Shown: positions 9,368 through 17,515 of the stretch, piece after piece
Position numbering within the stretch: position 1 is the first letter of the stretch
Layout: each line of letters opens with the position of its first letter
Position numbers and translations under genes: made by a program
The notes under the pieces: model-generated
What the model saw: only the letters and a program-made list of their open reading frames with translations
Told to the model about the DNA's origin: nothing
Databases searched by the model: none
Source: Candidatus Fermentibacteraceae bacterium
GTDB taxonomy: Bacteria > Fermentibacterota > Fermentibacteria > Fermentibacterales > JCC-6
Length of the DNA: 64,000 nt
Assembly (NCBI GenBank): GCA_016744855.1
Contig: JADGDO010000004.1
Coordinates: 99,006-163,005, forward strand
Reading direction: 5' to 3'

Positions 9368-10603
9368 ATGTTAACTAATTATCTATCCGGCTTAAACCGG
9401 AAAACGACGGGTGATTTCATGGACATTTTCCAGAAGTGTTTTGATTATGACAGGCCTGAGCAGGTAAAAGCCATGGGTCTTTATCCATATTTTGTTCCGC
9501 TGGAGGGGCATGTCGGTGCAGAAATGGAAATTGGTGGTCACAGCCTTATTATGCTTGGTTCCAATAACTATCTCGGGCTGACAGACAATCCATATGTAAT
9601 GGAGAAATCCCGAGAAGCCATTACCAAATACGGTACAGGATGTACCGGCAGCAGATTTATGAATGGAACTCTTGATATTCATATTGAACTTGAGGAAAGA
9701 TTGGCTAAATTCCTTAAACGAGATGCCTGTCTTACTTTCAGTACCGGTTTTCAATCCAATCTTGGTGCAATTAGTACTCTTGGACAGCGAGGTGATATTC
9801 TCTACCTCGACAGGGAAGATCATGCTTCAATAATAGATGGTGCCAGGCTTGGTTACGCCAAGGTTGTTAAATACAGACACAAGGATCTGGATCATCTTCG
9901 CCATATTCTGGAAAAATACCCCGGAGAACCTGGCCTTATTGTTACCGACGGTGTTTTCAGTATGGGTGGTGATCTTGCAGACATCAATGGTCTCGCTGAT
10001 CTTGCAGAGGAATTCGGAGTTCGCCTGCTTGTGGACGATGCACACGGTGTAGGTTCTATGGGTGCAACCGGTATGGGTACAGCAGAGCACCAGGGTTGTC
10101 ACGACAGGGTGGATATTACAGTCGGTACTTTTAGTAAATCATTCGCCTGTATAGGGGGATTTGCTGCTGGCGATGCCAAGGTAATCAGTTACCTTCGCCA
10201 CAACGCTAGAACAAATATTTTCAGCGCTAGTCTTTCTCCAGCTTCCGTTGCTACTGTTATTGCCTCGCTTGATGTATTGGAAAAAGAACCGGAACTTCTT
10301 GGTAAAGTCCACAGAGCCACCAAGAGATGCCGAGAGGGTTTGTCATCCCTTGGTTTCAATATAGGTCAGAGTGAAGCTCCAATTATTCCCATAGTGGTTG
10401 GTGAGGATCTGGATTGCTTCAGATTCTGGAAAGATATGTTTGATAACGGTGTGTTTACAAACCCCGTTATTTCTCCCGCTGTAGAGCCCGGTGCCGCAAT
10501 GCTTAGAACAAGTTTTATGGCAAGCCATACGGATGATATGATAGATCGTGCTCTTGAGATCTTTAAAAAGGTTGGCCGTGATCACAATCTGATAGGCGGC
10601 TAG
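9368..10603 (+). CDS. Alpha-oxoamine synthase family PLP enzyme (serine palmitoyltransferase / 8-amino-7-oxononanoate synthase-like)
   Basis: Class-II aminotransferase fold with GSNNYLGL, DDAHGVG and GTFSKSF (PLP lysine) motifs; alternative start at 9419. Confidence 0.75.
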   Translation: MLTNYLSGLNRKTTGDFMDIFQKCFDYDRPEQVKAMGLYPYFVPLEGHVGAEMEIGGHSLIMLGSNNYLGLTDNPYVMEKSREAITKYGTGCTGSRFMNGTLDIHIELEERLAKFLKRDACLTFSTGFQSNLGAISTLGQRGDILYLDREDHASIIDGARLGYAKVVKYRHKDLDHLRHILEKYPGEPGLIVTDGVFSMGGDLADINGLADLAEEFGVRLLVDDAHGVGSMGATGMGTAEHQGCHDRVDITVGTFSKSFACIGGFAAGDAKVISYLRHNARTNIFSASLSPASVATVIASLDVLEKEPELLGKVHRATKRCREGLSSLGFNIGQSEAPIIPIVVGEDLDCFRFWKDMFDNGVFTNPVISPAVEPGAAMLRTSFMASHTDDMIDRALEIFKKVGRDHNLIGG

Positions 10604-10604
10604 A

Positions 10605-11726
10605 ATGAAGTATTCTATTGAGAAAGTAGATAGCAGAAAAACAACAAAAGAATTTCTAATGCTACCATTCCGCATTAACAAGGATGACCCCCACTGGGTA
10701 CCTCCTTTGCTGATGAATGTGCGCCAGCTGATGAACGGTAAGCATCCCTTCCACGAGCACGCGGAGGTTGAATTCTACATTGCCAGAGATTCTGAAGGCA
10801 GAACTGCCGGTAGAATCAGTGCTTGTGTAAACAGAACTCATAATGAATACCATAATGAAAAAACCGGATTTTTCGGTTTCCTTGAATGTGAAAATGACCC
10901 GGAGCTTGCAGCACTTCTTCTGAAAACTGCAGAAGACTTTGTTAAGCCTCTTGGAATGGAAAGTATTCGAGGCCCATTCAACCTATCTACCAATGAGGAA
11001 TGCGGCCTTCTTGTCGAGGGGTTTGATACAGACCCCAGGCTTATGATGCTTCACAACCCCCAGTGGCTTGGGGGGCTTGTTGAAGCAGCCGGTTATACCA
11101 AACTTATGGATCTATTGGCGTACTGGCTTGATGGCGACAGTGATAAGTTCCAGAAGCTTTTCAGAATTGCAAAAATGGTGGAAAAGCGGGGTGAGTGGAA
11201 GGTTAGAGGTATCAATCTTAAAGACCTGGCTGAAGACATGCGAAAAATCATGGATGTCTACAACGAGTGCTGGGGCGAGAACTGGGGTTTCGTACCCATG
11301 ACTCCAAGAGAACTCACTGCAATGGTTGAAGAATTGAAGATGCTTATCACTTCTGAGCTTTCTCCCATTGTTGAGCTGAATGGGGAAGTTGTTGCGTTCG
11401 GAATAGGTCTTCCGGATGCCAACATAGCATTCAAAAAAGGCAATGGAAGAGCAGTACCGTCTGTTCTTGCTTTGAAGGTGCCACCATTTAAGGTAAACAT
11501 TGACCGGGTAAGAGTTCTGCTGATGGGTGTGAAAAAACAGCACAGAAACAAGGGGCTTGAGGCCCTAGTAATAGATAGACTGATAAAGAACAGCGCGAAA
11601 ATGGGAATGGGTCGGGGTGAGCTTTCCTGGATACTCGAGAACAATCGTGAGATGAGAGCCATACTCGAAAAACAGATGAATGCAGATCTGTATAAGCGAT
11701 ACAGAATTTACGAGAAGGAATTATAG
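10605..11726 (+). CDS. GNAT-fold N-acyltransferase-like protein (candidate bacterial ceramide synthase-like)
   Basis: 373 aa, begins immediately after the alpha-oxoamine synthase stop (operon); acyltransferase-like fold inferred, no confident family match by eye. Confidence 0.4.
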   Translation: MKYSIEKVDSRKTTKEFLMLPFRINKDDPHWVPPLLMNVRQLMNGKHPFHEHAEVEFYIARDSEGRTAGRISACVNRTHNEYHNEKTGFFGFLECENDPELAALLLKTAEDFVKPLGMESIRGPFNLSTNEECGLLVEGFDTDPRLMMLHNPQWLGGLVEAAGYTKLMDLLAYWLDGDSDKFQKLFRIAKMVEKRGEWKVRGINLKDLAEDMRKIMDVYNECWGENWGFVPMTPRELTAMVEELKMLITSELSPIVELNGEVVAFGIGLPDANIAFKKGNGRAVPSVLALKVPPFKVNIDRVRVLLMGVKKQHRNKGLEALVIDRLIKNSAKMGMGRGELSWILENNREMRAILEKQMNADLYKRYRIYEKEL

Positions 11727-13499
11727 ATGACTGAAAGAGAACTGGTTGATCTTTACATAAAGTTTTTTGAAGGCAAGGGTCACAAAAGAATTCCGGGGGC
11801 ATCGATAATCCCCGAGAACGATTCAACTATCCTCTTTACGCCTGCTGGTATGCAGCCTCTGGTTCCATACCTTCTGGGAGAGAAGCATCCTCAGGGGAAA
11901 AGGTTGGTTGACGTTCAGAAGTGTATTAGAACCGGTGATATCGAAGAGGTGGGAGACGCAACACACCTCACTTTTTTCAGAATGCTGGGAAACTGGTCTC
12001 TGGGTGGTTATTTCAAAAAAGAAGCTATTCAGTGGAGCTGGGAATTCCTGACTGGTGAAGAATGGCTGGGTTTCGACCCCGAAAGAATAAGTGTAACAGT
12101 TTTTGCAGGTGAAGGAGACATCCCTCCTGACAGAGAAGCAGAAGCTTTCTGGCTCGAAGCAGGTGTTCCTCCTGAGAGAATATACAGTCTGGGGATGAAG
12201 GACAACTGGTGGGGACCAACTGGTGCTACTGGCCCCTGTGGGCCTGATACCGAAATGTTCTTCGATACCGGGGCCGAGCCCTGCGGTGAGAATTGTATAC
12301 CTGGTTGTTCATGCGGTAAATACTTCGAGGTGTGGAACGATGTTTTCATGGAATACAGGAAAACTGAAGCAGCTTCTTTCGAACCCCTCTCTCAGAAAAA
12401 TGTTGATACTGGAATGGGTGTTGAGCGCACAGTAGCAATGCTGGGTGGTCACAAGACAGTATACGAAATCGGTGTTCTGAAACCCCTTATTGCAAGGATA
12501 AGAGAGCTTACTGCTTCTTCCGATCCGGGTCGATCTGAAAAAGTCTTAGCAGATCATATCAGAAGCGCAACGCATATTCTCGGTGATGACTTGGGTGTTG
12601 TACCATCCAATGTTGATCAGGGTTATGTACTCAGAAGGCTTATCCGACTTGCTATTCGACATGGAATGAAGCTAGAAATTCAAGATGGATTCCTCACTGA
12701 TCTTGCTTCCATAGTTATAGAAATAGAGGGTGAAGATTACCCTGAACTGAAGAGAAACAGCTCCACTATTATTGATGAACTTGAGAGAGAAGAAAAACTT
12801 TTCGGTGAAACTCTTGTTGCAGGCATGAAGCAGTTCAACAAGATGCTTCCTAATCTTCTGAAGAACCCTCAAAAAATCATAGCTGGCAGGCTTGCCTTTA
12901 AGTTGTATGATACCTACGGTTTCCCGGTTGAACTTACTGCAGACCTTGCAGTTGAACATGGATTGACCGTGGACATGGACGGATACAACAAGGCTTTCGA
13001 CAAACATCGCCAGCTTTCCAAGCAGGGTGCGGACAAGAAATTCAAGGGTGGCCTCGCGGATAACAGTGAGATGGTAACTAAACTTCATACCGCTACGCAT
13101 CTGCTCCACGCTGCCTTGCGGAAAGTTCTTGGGGAAACTGTACAGCAGAAGGGTAGTAATATCACTGCTGAAAGACTGAGATTCGACTTTCTCTTTGCTG
13201 AAAAAATGACTCAGGAACAGAAAGACGAAGTTGAAGCTCTTGTGAATAGCGCAATCAACGATAAAATTGCAGTGGAAATGAAGGAAATGTCTCCGGATGA
13301 GGCAGAGAAGCTAGGGGCTTTAGGGTTCTTTAAAGATAAGTATGGTGATGTTGTAAAGGTTTACAGTATAGGAGAATACTCAACTGAAATATGTGGTGGA
13401 CCTCATGTTGGAAACACCTCTGAGCTCGTCAGATTCAAGCTCGTCTCCGAGAAAAGCTCGTCCCGTGGTGTAAGAAGGATCAAGGCGGTAGTTGAATGA
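11727..13499 (+). CDS. alaS: Alanine--tRNA ligase, short form lacking the C-terminal C-Ala domain
   Basis: FTPAGMQP, RTGDIEEVG and FFRMLGNWS catalytic-core motifs; editing-domain HTATHLLHAAL and CGGPHV motifs; 590 aa. Confidence 0.85.
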   Translation: MTERELVDLYIKFFEGKGHKRIPGASIIPENDSTILFTPAGMQPLVPYLLGEKHPQGKRLVDVQKCIRTGDIEEVGDATHLTFFRMLGNWSLGGYFKKEAIQWSWEFLTGEEWLGFDPERISVTVFAGEGDIPPDREAEAFWLEAGVPPERIYSLGMKDNWWGPTGATGPCGPDTEMFFDTGAEPCGENCIPGCSCGKYFEVWNDVFMEYRKTEAASFEPLSQKNVDTGMGVERTVAMLGGHKTVYEIGVLKPLIARIRELTASSDPGRSEKVLADHIRSATHILGDDLGVVPSNVDQGYVLRRLIRLAIRHGMKLEIQDGFLTDLASIVIEIEGEDYPELKRNSSTIIDELEREEKLFGETLVAGMKQFNKMLPNLLKNPQKIIAGRLAFKLYDTYGFPVELTADLAVEHGLTVDMDGYNKAFDKHRQLSKQGADKKFKGGLADNSEMVTKLHTATHLLHAALRKVLGETVQQKGSNITAERLRFDFLFAEKMTQEQKDEVEALVNSAINDKIAVEMKEMSPDEAEKLGALGFFKDKYGDVVKVYSIGEYSTEICGGPHVGNTSELVRFKLVSEKSSSRGVRRIKAVVE

Positions 13500-14386
13500 T
13501 TTTTTCACTGATTGCTCTTCTTGCAACAGCAAACTTCAGCGGTACTTGGGAAACCACTTACGGAGATATGGTTCTCGAACAGAATGGCACTTCAGTTACC
13601 GGCTGGTACAGCTATGGAACCATGTCCACAATCGAGGGAACTGTTACCCAAGGTGGAAAAATGATGTTCACCTATGACGAAGGAACAGCTGCCGGAAGAG
13701 GATGGTTTGTTCTCTCTGAAAACGGTACATCCTTTTCAGGAGAATGGAGAGCAGAAGGGGCGCAGGGTTGGAGTGACTGGGAAGGCCACCGGGCAGACGG
13801 TGAACCATCTACCTGGGTTTTAATTCTTGAAGCAGAGTGGCAGGAGTCAATGCGCGAGAATGAGTATTCCTTCGGTGAAATGCTTGATGCCTGGCTTGGC
13901 AGACTTGAGGGCATTGAGATTAGACATCGTTTCATTCACGATCTCGATGATGTTCGGAATTTCTGTGCAGAAGCCGCGGTGCTCTCCGGTGATGTCTACC
14001 TGATTTTTGCCTCTCATGGAACAACTGCCGGTATTGCACTAAACTCTGGAACAGTATCAGCACGGGACCTTGCAGAAGCTCTGTTACCAATGACAAATCT
14101 TCAGCTGGTTCATTTCAGCTGCTGTGAGATTATGGCAGGAGGTACTGATGAGGCTATTATTAACTCTAGATCAAACTGGCATGACGACTTCGCAGTATCC
14201 GGTTACACTACCTCCGTGGACTGGGGTGGCAGTGCCATTATAGAATTTTACTATCTCAATCAGATACTGGAGAATGGACTTACTCCTGTAGAAGCGGCAC
14301 GGGCCCTCGAGAGTGATATCGGATTTTCCGGTGCATCATCAACACCCTGGATGGATGGTGCGGGTTTCGAGATTCAAACACCCTGA
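13496..14386 (+). CDS. Secreted clan CD (gingipain/caspase-like) cysteine peptidase-like protein
   Basis: N-terminal hydrophobic signal-like segment, then a beta-rich region, then a His in IFASHGTTAG and a Cys in VHFSCCEIMAGG, resembling the C25/C14 His-Cys dyad; ATGA overlap with the alaS stop. Confidence 0.4.
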   Translation: MIFSLIALLATANFSGTWETTYGDMVLEQNGTSVTGWYSYGTMSTIEGTVTQGGKMMFTYDEGTAAGRGWFVLSENGTSFSGEWRAEGAQGWSDWEGHRADGEPSTWVLILEAEWQESMRENEYSFGEMLDAWLGRLEGIEIRHRFIHDLDDVRNFCAEAAVLSGDVYLIFASHGTTAGIALNSGTVSARDLAEALLPMTNLQLVHFSCCEIMAGGTDEAIINSRSNWHDDFAVSGYTTSVDWGGSAIIEFYYLNQILENGLTPVEAARALESDIGFSGASSTPWMDGAGFEIQTP

Positions 14387-14399
14387 GAATCATATAGAA

Positions 14400-15440
14400 A
14401 TGAGGAACATGGATTTACTGAAGAGATTGTGTGAGGTCGACGGCATATCCGGTAGGGAAGATGCTGTTGTCAAGCTTCTGGAAGAGGAACTCAAAGATAG
14501 TGCTGACGAAATCTGGACAGATGCCATTAAGAACATAACTGCAGTTAAGTATGGAACTGAAGGTGAGGACAGGCTTCGAGTAATGCTCGCTGGGCATATT
14601 GATGAGATCGGTTTTCTGATTTACAACATAGACAAGAATGGTTTTGCATCAATAGTTCCGGTAGGCGGTTGGAGTGCATCATCTATTTTCGGCCACACCG
14701 TTAAGGTTCACACCCGAAAAGGTGAGTTGCTTACAGGTGTTGTCTGTGCTCCTCCTGCACTCACTCCTGAAGCCGCTGGGAAAGCTATCAAGCTAGACTC
14801 TCTCTACATTGATTTCGGTATGACCGGCGACGATGTAACAGAAAAAGTTTCCCGCGGAGACTGGGTCTCCATGGATACGAAATTCACAGAGATGGGTGAT
14901 TGTTTTGTGGCAAAGGCTTTTGATGACAGAGTCGGAGCCTACATAATTGCAGAAGCTTTTAAGAAGTACAGCAATCCTGCAATTGATGTTTACTGTGTAG
15001 GCACATCTCAGGAAGAGGTAGGTCTTAGAGGATCTACAGTAGCCGCTCAGACAATAATGCCCGATATCGGAATTGCAGCAGACATCACTGGAGCAGGAGA
15101 TACACCTGGTTTCCCTGCAGCAAAGAAAATCTGCGATTTGGGAAAAGGTGTTGCTATCAAGCAGCAGGATGCCAGCGTTATCTGTTCACCTTCCCTCGTT
15201 AATTTCATCCGTGACATTGCAGAGGAAAAGGAAATTGATCATCAGATGGAGATACTTGTAAGGGGTGGTACAGATACCAGCTCGATGCAGAAATTTGGCG
15301 GTAATACTCACGCCACCTGCCTCTCGATTCCCACTAGAAATGGACACAGCCCCGTCGCCATCATACATAGGCATGATGTTGAGACAGCAGTTGAACTTCT
15401 TGTGGAATTCCTGAACAAGGCTCATCTTTTTAAGGGCTAA
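14400..15440 (+). CDS. M42 family aminopeptidase (FrvX / glutamyl aminopeptidase-like)
   Basis: DGISGREDAV...MLAGHIDEIGF...VGTSQEEVGLRG motifs typical of the M42 family. Confidence 0.75.
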   Translation: MRNMDLLKRLCEVDGISGREDAVVKLLEEELKDSADEIWTDAIKNITAVKYGTEGEDRLRVMLAGHIDEIGFLIYNIDKNGFASIVPVGGWSASSIFGHTVKVHTRKGELLTGVVCAPPALTPEAAGKAIKLDSLYIDFGMTGDDVTEKVSRGDWVSMDTKFTEMGDCFVAKAFDDRVGAYIIAEAFKKYSNPAIDVYCVGTSQEEVGLRGSTVAAQTIMPDIGIAADITGAGDTPGFPAAKKICDLGKGVAIKQQDASVICSPSLVNFIRDIAEEKEIDHQMEILVRGGTDTSSMQKFGGNTHATCLSIPTRNGHSPVAIIHRHDVETAVELLVEFLNKAHLFKG

Positions 15441-15464
15441 GGCCAGTTTTTGCGAATCTTAATA

Positions 15465-15502
15465 GAAGAAGAAGGGGCTGCACAAGCAGCCCCTTCTTCT
15501 CT
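15465..15502 (+). terminator. Intrinsic-terminator-like hairpin downstream of the M42 peptidase gene
   Basis: Perfect 14-bp stem GAAGAAGGGGCTGC / GCAGCCCCTTCTTC with loop ACAA; the U-tract is weak (TCTCTAATAT). Confidence 0.5.
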
Positions 15503-15634
15503 AATATGACTAAAAAAGGATATAAAAGTAACAATGCAAGACTATTCTGTATTAAACACAAAACAGACTATAAAAAGGTCATTGTTATTTGTTCCTTAAC
15601 TATACAGATTCTTAAATCATATTAAGGAGATGTA

Positions 15635-17413
15635 ATGATTAAAAATGACAGGCTAATCACAGAACTGAATGAGAGTATTAAACGCGGTAATTATCTTCAA
15701 GCTATAGATTCTGCTAAACGAAATCTTGTTCAAACAGGTGATCCTCTACTAAGAAAACCTCTGGCCCTGGCGTTATCCAGGATGGGTCATGCAGAGGAGG
15801 CTCTAAGAGTTCTCAAGCCCCTTTTTCGCAAAGGTGCAGATCCGGAAACAAACGGACTCATGGGGGGAATCTTGAAACGAAACTGGCTCTCTTCCGGAAA
15901 CAGTAAGTATCTTGAAGATTCCTACAAATACTACCTTAAGGCATTTAAAGAGGGTGGTGGTTACTGGACCGGAATTAATGCAGCAACCCTCGCCTGCATC
16001 ATGAATAAAGATATTTCTCTAGTTCTGGCCGAAGAGGTATTGGATATTTGCTGGGAAGAGTACGGAAGGATGGGAACCAGAAGCTGCTTCTGGTTGCTGG
16101 TTTCAATAGCGGAAGCCCATCTTGTCAAGCGCGATATATCCACTGCAATTAAATGGTATAAGCTTGTAACACCAATGGCTTTCAAATCTGTAGGGCAGAT
16201 GAAAACGGTCAGACGGAATGCTAGAATTTTGGGTGAGAAACTCGGTACAGAGTCACTTGAACTGCTTATGAATACTATTACAGCACCTAGAGTTGCTTTC
16301 TTTGCAGGTCACAAGATTGATAGAGAAGGGATGCCTCCTAGATTCCCTCAGAAGGAAACTGAGGTTGTTAAGAATAAACTGAGAGCTACCCTTGGTAAAT
16401 TAAAAATCAGTGTCGGAGTTGCATCACTTGATGACGGCTCAGATATTCTCTTTCATGAGTGTTTGATTGAAGCTGGAAGGCAATGCAGAGTTATTCTTCC
16501 ATCACCAATTGCTGATTTCAGGAAAAAACTCGCGTCTGATGATCCAGGCGGGTGGGTTGAGAGGTTTGATAAAGTTTTGGCTGCCGCATCTTGTGTCGAA
16601 ATTGTTTCTAATTCAGTTTTTACAAAAGACTGGGGTATTGTCTACGAGTTGGCTACAGAGTACATGATCGGTTATGCCATGAGTCTTGCAGAAGAGTTCG
16701 ATGGAGAGATTGTTCCTCTAGTTGTCTGGGATAATAAGACGCAGGATAAGCGCGGGGGAACTTATTCAGCTGTAAAGATGCTTCGTTCTCTCGGGCATGA
16801 ACCGGTAGTAGTAACGGTTTTTCCAAAATCATCGCTGCAGGACTTCAACGGGTCCAAAACTAAAACATCGTTGTTGGAAACCAAAGGATATGTGCCTTTG
16901 AAGAATACATTTGTTGTTGTTGGTGTTGCTAAGGATATACGAAATGATGATGAAATAGCTGATGTGTTATCAAAGTACATTAAAACGGTTTCTGATATTA
17001 CTTCAACGGGCAGTCTTTCCAGTGTCGTTGCTAAAAGAAGCTTAAGCGGCAAGGAGATTTGTCTTACTTTCTCAACCATTGAATCTGCTGAAGAATTTAT
17101 TCGTTCTTTCAGGAAGAAACATTCGAAGAGCACAATATTCGCACATGTGGGTCTCAGTGTCCGGTTTGACGTTTCACTTTCCAGAGCAGGAGACTTTTTC
17201 AGCCCCGCTCTAATCGAGGCAGTCAAACTAGTCAGAGAGCTTTCTGCAGGTCAAACTTTCAGCACTGGTACATTCAGATCACTCGCATATCTTGAGAAGA
17301 GAAACCAGTACCGATACACGTATCGTGGTCAATTCAGTATTGATGAACGCAATGTTAAAATCTTCGAGATGAATTGTAGAAGTAGAACCGGCTCCAGACT
17401 GACAGAATTCTGA
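15635..17413 (+). CDS. Multidomain protein of unknown function: N-terminal TPR-like helical domain, central Rossmann-like (SLOG/LOG-like) domain, C-terminal degenerate nucleotide-cyclase-like region
   Basis: AAGGAG RBS before ATG 15635; central VGVASLDDGSDILFHECLIEAGRQCRVILPS...DDPGGWVERF resembles LOG/DprA-type Rossmann motifs; C-terminal IFAHVGLSV...AGDFFSPALIEAVKL faintly resembles cyclase beta-strands but lacks metal-binding Asp residues. Confidence 0.5.
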   Translation: MIKNDRLITELNESIKRGNYLQAIDSAKRNLVQTGDPLLRKPLALALSRMGHAEEALRVLKPLFRKGADPETNGLMGGILKRNWLSSGNSKYLEDSYKYYLKAFKEGGGYWTGINAATLACIMNKDISLVLAEEVLDICWEEYGRMGTRSCFWLLVSIAEAHLVKRDISTAIKWYKLVTPMAFKSVGQMKTVRRNARILGEKLGTESLELLMNTITAPRVAFFAGHKIDREGMPPRFPQKETEVVKNKLRATLGKLKISVGVASLDDGSDILFHECLIEAGRQCRVILPSPIADFRKKLASDDPGGWVERFDKVLAAASCVEIVSNSVFTKDWGIVYELATEYMIGYAMSLAEEFDGEIVPLVVWDNKTQDKRGGTYSAVKMLRSLGHEPVVVTVFPKSSLQDFNGSKTKTSLLETKGYVPLKNTFVVVGVAKDIRNDDEIADVLSKYIKTVSDITSTGSLSSVVAKRSLSGKEICLTFSTIESAEEFIRSFRKKHSKSTIFAHVGLSVRFDVSLSRAGDFFSPALIEAVKLVRELSAGQTFSTGTFRSLAYLEKRNQYRYTYRGQFSIDERNVKIFEMNCRSRTGSRLTEF

Positions 17414-17515
17414 GAATAGCAGTCAAGTAATTCCTTTGGGTTTACTCAGGGTTTCTTGAAATGTATCTTCAATCTTGATGAGATTTTTATTCAGTCCGCA
17501 ACAAAAGAGGTAAGA

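Noticed and set aside
17456-17515. Upstream extension of the transglutaminase-like ORF
   Set aside because: The Met at 17516 starts the signal peptide and has a GAGG-like RBS; 17456 lacks one.
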